From: an uncultured Gammaproteobacteria bacterium
GTDB taxonomy: Bacteria > Cyanobacteriota > Vampirovibrionia > LMEP-6097
Direction of reading: 5' to 3'
NCBI GenBank assembly: GCA_964512985.1
Contig: CAZELI010000001.1
Coordinates: forward strand, 31,191 to 95,190
DNA length: 64,000 bases
Made by a program: the position numbers and the translations under genes. The notes below the pieces were generated by a model. The model saw nothing but the letters and a program-made list of their open reading frames with translations, was not told the origin of the DNA and searched no databases. Below, in pieces: positions 17,490-26,746 of this stretch (position 1 is the first letter of the stretch; each line of letters opens with the position of its first letter).

Positions 17490-20400
17490 TTACCTTGTCT
17501 CAAGAACCATATCTGTCAAACCCGCTTGAGTAATGAACTCTAAATCCTCTAATGTTGCTGTAGTTGGTTTTACCAAGCGGAACTGAGCAAGCTTATTAGA
17601 GAAATCCTTCAATATCTCTACTCCCCATTTGCTGTCTGTCTCTTTTACAAACTCTTCGATTAAAGTTTTTAAATAGCCTTGGTATTTCTCCAAACCCGTT
17701 GTATTGAGATCTATAAGCTCTACTGTTTCAGCATTGTATTTTTTCGAGAGATCATTATTCTCATCTAGAACAAAAGCTATACCACCAGTCATACCTGCGC
17801 CTAAGTTAGTACCAGTCTTGCCTAGAACTACGATAACCCCACCAGTCATATACTCGCAGCAATGATCTCCAGCACCTTCTATAACAGCTATAGCACCAGA
17901 GTTACGCACTGCAAAGCGCTCAGCAGCTTGACCTGAAGCGAACAGCTTACCACCTGTAGCTCCGTAGAGGCAGGTGTTACCAAGTATCGGAGTATCTCTA
18001 CTAATAAACTCACTATTTTTAGGAGGATAGACTACTATCTTGCCGCCGCCCATGCCTTTGCCGACATAGTCATTAGCATCACCTTCAAGAGTTAAATGCA
18101 GTCCATTAATATTCCATGCGCCAAAACTCTGTCCTGCAATGCCTTTGAAGCGGAAGCTTATAGGACTGTTCTCTAAGCCAGCATCGCCGTAACGTCTGGC
18201 TATCTCGCCTGATACTTTAGCTCCTATAGATCGACTAACGTTTTTGATTTCGTAATTTAATTCAATGGATTTTTGATTAGTAATGCTTGGTAAAGCATCC
18301 TGTAGCATTTGCTCAGCTAGGGGAGCCTTATCGTACGGAGCATTAGTATCCATCTGGCAATATTGTGCTTTGCCATGTGCTTCGGTTGGTTCACTTAATA
18401 GTATCTCAAGTGAGAGGTTCTTTTGTTTTTCAGTTTCTCCTGGAAGTATCTCTAGTAGCTCTGTTCGTCCAATGATATCGGTTAGCTTAGTGGCGCCTAG
18501 AGCAGCTAATAATTCACGCACTTCCATTGCAAGAAAAGTGAAATAGCTAACTAACATCTCTGGTAAACCTTTGAAATGATTATCTCTTAAGACAGGATTC
18601 TGTGTTGCTACGCCTGTTGCACAATTATTCAAGTGACAAATACGTAAATATTTACAACCAAGAGTGATTAGTGGAGCAGTCCCAAACCCAAAAGATTCAG
18701 CACCAAGTATGGCAGCTTTGATAATATCTAAACCAGTCTTAAGTCCACCATCTACTTGTAATCTAACCTTATCGCGTAAATTATTAGCACGAAGAATCTG
18801 ATGTGCTTCCGTTAAACCCAATTCCCAAGGGATTCCTGCATAACGAATAGAAGTCATCGGGCTGGCGCCAGTGCCGCCGTCATGACCAGCTATGGTTATA
18901 GAATCTGCGTAAGTCTTAGCTACACCAGCTGCTACTGTGCCTACCCCTGACTCAGCAACTAACTTAACAGAGATCTCTGCATTAGGGTTAACCTGTTTTA
19001 GGTCAAAAATTAACTGTGCTAAATCTTCTATAGAATAAATATCATGGTGTGGAGGCGGAGATATAAGAGTGGTTCCTGGTCTAGTGTGACGTAGCTTGGC
19101 AATATATTCTGTAACTTTAGAAGAGGCTAATTGACCTCCCTCTCCAGGCTTGGCTCCTTGAGCTACTTTGATCTGTAAGACATCAGCATTAACTAGGTAT
19201 CCAGGGGTAACACCGAAGCGTGCAGAAGCTACTTGCTTGATACGAGAACTTTTCTCTGTTCCATATCTAAGAGGATCTTCACCACCTTCGCCAGAGTTAG
19301 AATAAGCACCGATACGGTTCATTGCTATCGCGATAGCTTCATGAGCCTCTGGAGATATAGCGCCTATAGACATTGCTGCACTACAAAAACGCGGGAATAT
19401 ATTTTCTATAGACTCTACTTTCTCTAGACTAATAGGTTGTTTAGTAGTTTTAAGTTTAAGCATGTCTCTGAGAGACATTAATGGACGCTGATTCACGAGA
19501 CTGGCAAATTTCTTATATTCTTGATAATCATTATTACGTACTGCTGTCTGCAATGTCATCACTACATCAGGGTTGTAAGCATGATACTCACCATAGGGAT
19601 TATATTTCATTAAACCACCAGCGGTGAGAGAGTGATTAGTGTTCCAAGCTTGCTTCGCTAGTTGACGTTGGTCTTTTTCTAGATCCTTGAAAGTAGCTCC
19701 TTGAATGCGGCTTACCGTTCCAGGGAAACATAGATCGATGATTTCCTCATGTAAACCAATAGCTTCAAATAACTGGGCACCTCGGTAACTATTAATAGTA
19801 GAGATTCCCATCTTAGAAAGTATTTTATATAATCCCTTACGAATGGCTTCACGATAGGTTTGCATTAACCCTACGGTGTCTTTGCAATCAATCTCGTGAT
19901 GCTGCGCCATATCATAAAGCACTTGATAAGCAAGATACGGATAAACAGCAGTCGCTCCAAAGCCTATTAAAGCCGCAAAGTGATGTGGGTCTCTCGCTGT
20001 AGCAGTTTCGATAATTAAATTAGCATCGCAGCGTAAACCTTTCTGGCTGAGTCTAGTGTTTACAGCTCCAGTTGCTAATAATGCATGGATTGGAATACGA
20101 CGGCGTCTAATGCCGCGATCTGATAGCACTAGTATAACTTTGCCGTTACGCACCGCTTGCTCGGCTTGATCACAGATACTATTTAAGGCTGTAACTAAGT
20201 CACTCTCTTGAGGATAAGTGAGATCAATACGTTCATAAGTGAAATTCGCGTCATCGGTTTGCACCAGAGACTTGAATGTATATTTAGAAAGTATCGGCGC
20301 GCCGATATCCAGTCTAATAGCATTCTCAGGAAGGTCTATGAATGGGTTCACTTCCTTTCCTAGGCAGGTATTAAGAGACATAACTGCTTTCTCGCGAATT

Positions 20401-21962
20401 GAGTCTATCGGTGGGTTAGTAACTTGCGCGAATTGTTGTCTGAAGTATTCATAGAGCGAGCGAGCTTCTTTAGAGAGAACTGGCAATGGTGTATCATCAC
20501 CCATAGAAGTAGTAAGTTCTTGAGCAGTGTTAGCAATAGCGCCAAGTACATGCTCGCGCTCTTCTAGGGTTAATCCGAATTGTTTCTCGTAGATTTGTAA
20601 CTCATGCTCAAAGAAAGCATCACAACCAGGACGCTCTTCTTCAGGTACTGGAACAATGTAATGAGCATACTCGCTAAGCCACTGTTTATAAGGGTTACGC
20701 TTGATTATTTCTTTATCTACATCTGCTGGCAATAATAATTTACCAGTGTTCATGTCAAGAGCAATCATTTCTCCTGGCTTGAGTCTTCCCTTGGAGACTA
20801 CGTCTGCTGTATCGTAATCATATACTCCTATCTCAGAGGCTACTGTAAGATGACGATCCTTGGTGATTACATATCGTGCTGGTCTTAAACCGTTACGGTC
20901 TAGAGAGCAAGCAGCATAGCGACCATCACTAATTACTAGTGCAGCTGGACCATCCCAAGGATCCATATGCAATGAATAATATTCATAGAAAGCCTTCAAA
21001 TCAGGATCTATTGTTTTAGAGTTTTGCCAAGCTGGCGGGACAAGGATCTTCACTGCTTGTAATAGATCAACGCCAGTCATAGTCAGACCTTCAAGCATAT
21101 TGTCTAAACTCATAGAGTCGGAACCATGCTTAGAAACCAGGGGTAATAATTCTTGTATATTTTCTATAAGTGGGGTGGAGTATTTAGACTCACGCGATAT
21201 AGACCAATTACGATTACCATTAATAGTATTAATCTCACCGTTATGCGCTAGTAATCTAAAAGGCTGTGCTAGTGACCATTTCGGGAAAGTATTAGTAGAG
21301 AATCTTTGGTGATATAAACAAAGTGAAGTCTCTAATCTTGGATCTTTTAGATCAGGGAAAAATTCTACAAGGTTATGTGGCATAATCATGCCCTTATAAG
21401 AAAGCATGCGACATGAAAGACTTGCAATATAGAAGGTATCGTCTTTCGCTTCTAAGGCAATCTCTGTGCGTCTTCTAGCCTTATATAAATGACGCTCAAG
21501 TTTCGCTTCATCCATATCATCAGGAGCATTAATAAACACTTGCATAAACTGTGGAATACTTTCTAAAGCACTCTCTCCGCAAGCTTCTATGTTCACGGGT
21601 ACAGTTCTTTGGAGAACTAGTTTAAGTTTTTCTTGGCGTAATTCTTTCTCCAAGCGCGCTATAGCATTAGCAGCAAGTAGTTTGTTTTGGTTCAGGAAGA
21701 TACTTCCTATCGCAAAGGTGGAGCTTAATTTAACTCCTGATTCTGCGGCTAAGGTTCTAAGAAAACTATCTGGTTTCTTCATCAAGATACCGCAACCATC
21801 ACCCGTCTTCCCATCAGGTGCAATTGCACCACGATGTGATAAGCGTGATAATGAATAGATGGCAGTTTGTAATAACCAATGCGATGGCTTGTTGTCCATC
21901 TGCGCCATTAAACCAAAACCACAGCTTGCTTTCTCGTCTTTAATATTGTGAACATTTTTCAC
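17490..21962 (-). CDS. gltB: Glutamate synthase large (alpha) subunit
   Basis: 1490 aa. Ntn-amidotransferase start (..SCGFGLMA), FMN/Fe-S central domain, C-terminal GXGXG beta-helix domain. Confidence 0.95.
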   Translation of the reverse strand: MKNVHNIKDEKASCGFGLMAQMDNKPSHWLLQTAIYSLSRLSHRGAIAPDGKTGDGCGILMKKPDSFLRTLAAESGVKLSSTFAIGSIFLNQNKLLAANAIARLEKELRQEKLKLVLQRTVPVNIEACGESALESIPQFMQVFINAPDDMDEAKLERHLYKARRRTEIALEAKDDTFYIASLSCRMLSYKGMIMPHNLVEFFPDLKDPRLETSLCLYHQRFSTNTFPKWSLAQPFRLLAHNGEINTINGNRNWSISRESKYSTPLIENIQELLPLVSKHGSDSMSLDNMLEGLTMTGVDLLQAVKILVPPAWQNSKTIDPDLKAFYEYYSLHMDPWDGPAALVISDGRYAACSLDRNGLRPARYVITKDRHLTVASEIGVYDYDTADVVSKGRLKPGEMIALDMNTGKLLLPADVDKEIIKRNPYKQWLSEYAHYIVPVPEEERPGCDAFFEHELQIYEKQFGLTLEEREHVLGAIANTAQELTTSMGDDTPLPVLSKEARSLYEYFRQQFAQVTNPPIDSIREKAVMSLNTCLGKEVNPFIDLPENAIRLDIGAPILSKYTFKSLVQTDDANFTYERIDLTYPQESDLVTALNSICDQAEQAVRNGKVILVLSDRGIRRRRIPIHALLATGAVNTRLSQKGLRCDANLIIETATARDPHHFAALIGFGATAVYPYLAYQVLYDMAQHHEIDCKDTVGLMQTYREAIRKGLYKILSKMGISTINSYRGAQLFEAIGLHEEIIDLCFPGTVSRIQGATFKDLEKDQRQLAKQAWNTNHSLTAGGLMKYNPYGEYHAYNPDVVMTLQTAVRNNDYQEYKKFASLVNQRPLMSLRDMLKLKTTKQPISLEKVESIENIFPRFCSAAMSIGAISPEAHEAIAIAMNRIGAYSNSGEGGEDPLRYGTEKSSRIKQVASARFGVTPGYLVNADVLQIKVAQGAKPGEGGQLASSKVTEYIAKLRHTRPGTTLISPPPHHDIYSIEDLAQLIFDLKQVNPNAEISVKLVAESGVGTVAAGVAKTYADSITIAGHDGGTGASPMTSIRYAGIPWELGLTEAHQILRANNLRDKVRLQVDGGLKTGLDIIKAAILGAESFGFGTAPLITLGCKYLRICHLNNCATGVATQNPVLRDNHFKGLPEMLVSYFTFLAMEVRELLAALGATKLTDIIGRTELLEILPGETEKQKNLSLEILLSEPTEAHGKAQYCQMDTNAPYDKAPLAEQMLQDALPSITNQKSIELNYEIKNVSRSIGAKVSGEIARRYGDAGLENSPISFRFKGIAGQSFGAWNINGLHLTLEGDANDYVGKGMGGGKIVVYPPKNSEFISRDTPILGNTCLYGATGGKLFASGQAAERFAVRNSGAIAVIEGAGDHCCEYMTGGVIVVLGKTGTNLGAGMTGGIAFVLDENNDLSKKYNAETVELIDLNTTGLEKYQGYLKTLIEEFVKETDSKWGVEILKDFSNKLAQFRLVKPTTATLEDLEFITQAGLTDMVLETR

Positions 21963-22027
21963 CTAGAAGATTATGACATTTTGGCGGCTATTAAGTAAAG
22001 TTATATCGGAGAATATATGAATATTAT

Positions 22028-23215
22028 TTATCTATCCACATCTGGCAGAATAACATCGAGTGATGAAAAGATAGCCACCACGTCCGCTACAGGACAACCT
22101 GCTGCTAATACTGGTACGAAGCTAGTTGGGAACCAGCTTGGTGAACGCCACTTGAGGCGATAAGGCACTTGAGTACCGTCAGAGATCAGATGTACACCCA
22201 TTTCACCACGTGGTGATTCTACACATTCGTAGCTTTCTCCAGCAGGACATTTGAATCCTGGTAGTAATTTCTTCGCTTTAAGTTCTAATTCGTTCTGCGC
22301 GCGCTCGCCGCCAGGTAAGGCACGAATCTTCTCGATAGCTTGAAGAATAATCTTGCAGCTTTCTCTGATCTCTTGCACTCTGCATTTATAACGCGCAAAC
22401 ACATCACCTTCAGTGTGAGTAATAACATTGAAATCAAACTCTGGATATAAGGAGTAAGGCTTGCTGCGACGTACATCGTAGTTAATTCCTGAAGCACGAA
22501 TATTTGGTCCAGTAAGTCCGTAATCTAGACCTCTTGTTGAATCTATCTTGCCGATGTCTTTAGTTCTAATAGCAACGATAGGATTATTAGTAATCAGATC
22601 TTCGTATTCATCGGTATAACCTAGAAGCTTGTCCTTGATTAGGGTTTCAAGTTTCCCGTACCAGCCTTCTGGTACATCCATATGCACACCACCTATACGC
22701 ATATAGTTAAACATCATACGTTGACCAGAGATCTCTTCGAGTAGAGAGAGTATAGATTCACGATCACGGAATGCATAGAACGGGAAGCCCATCATTGCTC
22801 CAAGGTCAAGCATAAATATCCCCAATGATAGTTGGTGAGAGCAAATACGATTAAGCTCAGAAGTAATGATACGTAAGTACTCAGCACGCTTAGGTACTTT
22901 CAAATCTGCGATCTTCTCTACTGCCATAGCATAAGCATGAGAATCTGCCATACCTGCTAAATAATCTACACGATCTACTAATGCTTGATACTGAATATAA
23001 TTACGGTTTTGGGCGAGCCATTCCATGCCACGATGTAAGTAACCTATTATTGGTTCGCACTTGTTAATAATTTCGCCAGTGGTAGTAATCTTGAGTCTTA
23101 ATACACCATGGGTTGAAGGATGTTGCGGACCCATATTAATTAGAAGCTCTTCTGTCTTGAGTCCAGTACTAATGTCTTGATCTGTTATTGCAGCCATAGT
23201 AATATGGTAAACCAA
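22028..23215 (-). CDS. nuoD: NADH-quinone oxidoreductase subunit D (NuoD/NdhH type), stand-alone
   Basis: 395 aa with NMGPQHPSTHGVLRL, GYLHRGMEW and a C-terminal ..SLDVILPDVDR. No other nuo/ndh genes are adjacent. Confidence 0.9.
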   Translation of the reverse strand: MVYHITMAAITDQDISTGLKTEELLINMGPQHPSTHGVLRLKITTTGEIINKCEPIIGYLHRGMEWLAQNRNYIQYQALVDRVDYLAGMADSHAYAMAVEKIADLKVPKRAEYLRIITSELNRICSHQLSLGIFMLDLGAMMGFPFYAFRDRESILSLLEEISGQRMMFNYMRIGGVHMDVPEGWYGKLETLIKDKLLGYTDEYEDLITNNPIVAIRTKDIGKIDSTRGLDYGLTGPNIRASGINYDVRRSKPYSLYPEFDFNVITHTEGDVFARYKCRVQEIRESCKIILQAIEKIRALPGGERAQNELELKAKKLLPGFKCPAGESYECVESPRGEMGVHLISDGTQVPYRLKWRSPSWFPTSFVPVLAAGCPVADVVAIFSSLDVILPDVDR

Positions 23216-23243
23216 TTTATCTAAATTAGGGGCTTTGTTTAAT

Positions 23244-23358
23244 TCGTCATCCTGAGGAGCAACCGTAGGTTGCGACGTAAGGATCCACTAACTACGAATA
23301 GTCTATTAATAAAAGTGGATCCTTACGGTCGGGCTTTGCCCTCCCTCAGGATGACGAA
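23244..23358 (+). repeat. Nested palindromic element, family 2, copy A
   Basis: Outer 15-bp inverted repeat TTCGTCATCCTGAGG / CCTCAGGATGACGAA encloses three hairpins: GCAACC-GTA-GGTTGC, GTAAGGATCCAC..GTGGATCCTTAC and GGGC-TTT-GCCC. Confidence 0.6.
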
Positions 23359-23396
23359 AAAGATACTCCTTGCTAAGTCCTGATATAATTCTCCTC

Positions 23397-24416
23397 ATGT
23401 ATGAATCAGTCATTGCTGCCCGTCCTGAGCTAGATAATACGGCAGCACAGCAGCGTTACCAACAATTTTTAAGTCCTGATATTGATTTGATCGCTGCACC
23501 TTGGGGCTTTGGTGGTACTGATAACTTGGCGCAGGAAGGCACACATTCTTTATTAGCAGAAGAAGAGCTTATTAAGAAACTTAGAGCTGTAGGTCCGCAA
23601 GTTAGTGAAATCTCTCCTCCATCATTAGGTCCGTTTGAGATTCACGAGCAACCACAGAGGGTCAGAAATCTCGATGCAGTTCTCACTGTTAATAATTGGC
23701 TCGCTGATACTGTGAAGAACTCCGTTAAGTCTGGGCGTCTACCTATTGTCTTGGGTGGTGATGGTTCGCTGTGTATGGGTAGTGTTGCGGGTTTGATAGA
23801 ACATTACGGTAAGGACAATATTGGCATCATTTGGCTTAGTAACCATTTATGTAATAGTTCACCGCGTGTGACTAAGAGCTGGAATGCTAATCGTATGGTG
23901 TTTACAGTTATGACTTTTGAGGGTGAGGCTAAGCATGCTGATTTTATTTCGCTGATGCGTTTTAGGGAACTCGGTTCCCCAGGGCGTCCTATGATGAGTA
24001 AGAATAATATAGTGCATATTGGTATCAATCATAAATCTGCACAAGAAATTGCGACTCATAAATTTTTTACGATGGAAGATGTGGCTGAGTTAGGTATACG
24101 TCAAATCATCAAGCTTGCTATCGAGCATCTAAAACACTTAGAGAAGATCCATGTCATTTGGGATGTGAACGCTCTGGATCTAAGTGGTGTCAGTAATTAT
24201 TCTTTAGGACAACTTGAATATCGCGAAGCACTCACCATCGCGCGTGAGATGGACGTTGCATTACGTCGTGAAGGCAAGCTTAGTTCTATCGATGTGGTGG
24301 AGCATTGCCCAAGCCGTGAAGCCTGGGATAAGCGTGGTGAAACCGCACAGTGGGTTATGGATATTCTTACTAATATTTTTGGAGAGAATATTTTTAATGC
24401 TGCAAGGAAATATTGA
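23397..24416 (+). CDS. Arginase/agmatinase-fold (ureohydrolase) protein with degenerate metal-ligand motifs
   Basis: GGDGSLCMGSVAGL, IIWLSNHLCNSSP and IHVIWDVNALDLSG align with the arginase blocks GGDHS, WVDAHTDINTP and SFDVDGLDP. I prefer the ATG at 23397, since the track start 23370 abuts the palindromic element. Confidence 0.65.
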   Translation: MYESVIAARPELDNTAAQQRYQQFLSPDIDLIAAPWGFGGTDNLAQEGTHSLLAEEELIKKLRAVGPQVSEISPPSLGPFEIHEQPQRVRNLDAVLTVNNWLADTVKNSVKSGRLPIVLGGDGSLCMGSVAGLIEHYGKDNIGIIWLSNHLCNSSPRVTKSWNANRMVFTVMTFEGEAKHADFISLMRFRELGSPGRPMMSKNNIVHIGINHKSAQEIATHKFFTMEDVAELGIRQIIKLAIEHLKHLEKIHVIWDVNALDLSGVSNYSLGQLEYREALTIAREMDVALRREGKLSSIDVVEHCPSREAWDKRGETAQWVMDILTNIFGENIFNAARKY

Positions 24417-24461
24417 TCTTCTCATAACCGAATCTTAACTAAGCCCTGGTCTAATGGCTCT

Positions 24462-24938
24462 GTGAGTCAAGTTGATAATAACTCAAACGTCAAACCTTCA
24501 GTATCTAATTTGCAGATATCGCAATTAGAAAAGCTGGAGCAAGATTTACATGGTAAATTGCAGGAACGCAAACAATCTCTATCACAGACAGGTATTGTTA
24601 ATGATATTCAGCTTGCAGAAGACACTCAAGTTCAAACTATAAAGAAAGCTTTATCCCAAATACAAGAAGCTAGGGCCCAAGTAGATCCTAGAGTTACTAA
24701 CCATTTAGCTAGAGCAGGACAGTTAGGTCAGGTAGAGCCGCAAGCAATTAAGGAAGTCTCAACAGACTCTATCAATGCTAGAGAAGCTGCACAAATCAAG
24801 GCTATACGAGCAGTATCTGGTATGGAACTTAGTCCTGGACAACAATTTGCTTCTCTTGCAGGACGCGAACCAAGCTATAACAGCTATATGAAAGCAAATA
24901 TTCAAGGATTGTTTGCTTTAACAGCACTAAAAGGTTGA
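24462..24938 (+). CDS. Hypothetical protein (158 aa), Gln/coiled-coil rich
   Basis: ORF with GTG start. No motif recognised. Confidence 0.45.
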   Translation: MSQVDNNSNVKPSVSNLQISQLEKLEQDLHGKLQERKQSLSQTGIVNDIQLAEDTQVQTIKKALSQIQEARAQVDPRVTNHLARAGQLGQVEPQAIKEVSTDSINAREAAQIKAIRAVSGMELSPGQQFASLAGREPSYNSYMKANIQGLFALTALKG

Positions 24939-24962
24939 TTTAATAACCAAGATAAGATATTC

Positions 24963-25529
24963 TTGATAAGAATGAACTTCTTGTCGTATATTTTGCCACT
25001 AACGCCTTCAACAAGGAGAGATATAAATATTGGGTTTGGTAAGACGCTCTTAAATACAGCGATTCCCTATAAGGCTTTAATACGATATTTTTTATCGAAG
25101 AGAACAGCTTTACCTCCACATGCAGAGGAAGTATATAATCGATTTCGCTTTTTTACTGGTGCAGCTAATTTTGAAGCTCCTTTCACTGAACTATCCCCAG
25201 AAAGTGAAAGACAAGTGAAAGATATGATAATTGACCTCGCTAGTAAAACAGAAATACCTGGGTCTGTAGCTGTAAAGTCAATTTTGCAATGTAAAAATGC
25301 TTTAATGGGTATTGGATTAGTTGCAAAAAAAGCTCTTACCGAAAAGCCTGCAGAGCTAGTTTCTAATACTAAACCTCTATCTTCAACTAAACAAGTAAAT
25401 AAGAGACATGTTGAGGAAAAGAAAGAGGAAGAGCAGAATATCTCATTAGCAGATAGGTCCGTTACACGTGAAGAAAGAAGAAAGTTGTTGGAAGACTTAT
25501 CAGGTCAATCGGTCACATTTATGTTATAA
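24963..25529 (+). CDS. Hypothetical protein (188 aa)
   Basis: ORF with uncertain start (TTG 24963 or ATG 24972). Charged KE-rich C-terminus. Confidence 0.45.
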   Translation: MIRMNFLSYILPLTPSTRRDINIGFGKTLLNTAIPYKALIRYFLSKRTALPPHAEEVYNRFRFFTGAANFEAPFTELSPESERQVKDMIIDLASKTEIPGSVAVKSILQCKNALMGIGLVAKKALTEKPAELVSNTKPLSSTKQVNKRHVEEKKEEEQNISLADRSVTREERRKLLEDLSGQSVTFML

Positions 25530-25548
25530 AAAAACTTTATCAAAACCC

Positions 25549-25578
25549 TTGACATTTGTATTTACTTAATGCTAGTAT
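25549..25578 (+). promoter_or_regulatory. Candidate sigma70-type promoter
   Basis: TTGACA (25549-25554), 18-nt spacer, TAGTAT (25573-25578), in the 160-bp gap before the 25691 gene. Confidence 0.35.
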
Positions 25579-25690
25579 TAATTCTGTAAATACAGAAAAG
25601 GCTCCCCAACCGAATGGGTATTTACATTCATAGATAAGTCATAAATATAGATTTACTTTATTTTATAGTTTTGCTATAATTTAGAGTAAA

Positions 25691-26359
25691 GTGGTTGAAT
25701 ACAGCATGAATCCAACATTAACTAGTCAATCTAGTGAGCTTAGCTCATTGGGTGCTGCCTCTCGCTTTAGGCAGGCCAAGCTAAATCCTCGCGAAGATGG
25801 TAATACAGTAAATATAGCTGCCGAAATTGAGGCTGGACAGAGAGAAGTTTCAGAAACCAAAGAGTTAACTGCGGCAGAGTTTGATTTATTAACAGATATC
25901 CGTAATATTGATGAATTTACACCTTCTACTGTTGAGGGTATTCAAGACAAGGATATGAACAAGGACGGTGATGGCCGTCGTAAGCGCAGAGAAAGACGTA
26001 TAGGTGTTCGTAAAGTTAACTCGATTGAAGAGGATGAATATGATGAAGAGGATGTTTATGGGTTCCTTGGTTATTTAGATAGACTCTGGAAACGTCTCAC
26101 TGAGCTGGTTCAAGAAGTAACTGATGAGTTTGATAATTGGAATAAGTGGTTCAAGAAAGAGAAAAAAGTACCACCAGCCATGGAAAGATCTAGGGTGATG
26201 TATATCAGAGACGAGTATCAAGTCAATCGTAGTCCACATTTATGGAAGTCTGATCCTAATCGTAATTGGGTTCTAGGTTTTGGCCATAATAAAGTTAATA
26301 ATATAGTGTCTTCTATTCTTTATAAATATCAGAATGAGACTATTTCTAAAGACGCATAA
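25691..26359 (+). CDS. Hypothetical protein (222 aa) with acidic tracts and a basic RRKRRERR patch
   Basis: ORF with uncertain start (GTG 25691 or ATG 25706). No domain recognised. Confidence 0.5.
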   Translation: MVEYSMNPTLTSQSSELSSLGAASRFRQAKLNPREDGNTVNIAAEIEAGQREVSETKELTAAEFDLLTDIRNIDEFTPSTVEGIQDKDMNKDGDGRRKRRERRIGVRKVNSIEEDEYDEEDVYGFLGYLDRLWKRLTELVQEVTDEFDNWNKWFKKEKKVPPAMERSRVMYIRDEYQVNRSPHLWKSDPNRNWVLGFGHNKVNNIVSSILYKYQNETISKDA

Positions 26360-26422
26360 TTGAGCCCTTATTGAACTCTTTATCAAATCCCTTAACCTTC
26401 ATGCTTTGTATCAGTACAACAC

Positions 26423-26719
26423 ATGGCAAACCGATTACTAACTAACCTACATAAATCAGCAACTGACCTCAATGAGAGCAGTTTTGTAAGTGGCATCCGC
26501 GCTAAAATTCAGGAAATTGGCAGTAAAATGCCTGATTTAATGGGTAGCGTGGATGTCACTGGGCATTTTAAACTCAAGCAAATCAAACAGAATCTGCTTA
26601 AAAAACTCGACAAAAAACGTCGTAAGTTCAAATTAGCTTTAGAAGCATTGGGTTGGGGAACTCTAGCAGATCTTTTAGAATCCGCATTCTGCGGCCAAGA
26701 ATTAGACGTCTGGGTTTAG
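26423..26719 (+). CDS. Hypothetical protein (98 aa) with basic KKLDKKRRKFK patch
   Basis: ORF with ATG start and no Shine-Dalgarno-like sequence upstream. Confidence 0.5.
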   Translation: MANRLLTNLHKSATDLNESSFVSGIRAKIQEIGSKMPDLMGSVDVTGHFKLKQIKQNLLKKLDKKRRKFKLALEALGWGTLADLLESAFCGQELDVWV

Positions 26720-26746
26720 AAAGAGCTTTGTAAATAGGGGAATTTT

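Noticed and set aside
17490-21962. Several 60-90-aa plus-strand ORFs inside gltB (e.g. 18283-18546, 21589-21858). Similar antisense or out-of-frame ORFs lie inside ilvD, glmU (27643-28092), pilC (41574-42113), the acyl-CoA synthetase and the GT41 genes.
   Set aside because: All are embedded in long genes with strong family motifs on the other strand or frame. They have no independent support.
22028-23215. Isolated nuoD as a pseudogene
   Set aside because: The ORF is full length (395 aa) with conserved N- and C-terminal blocks intact.
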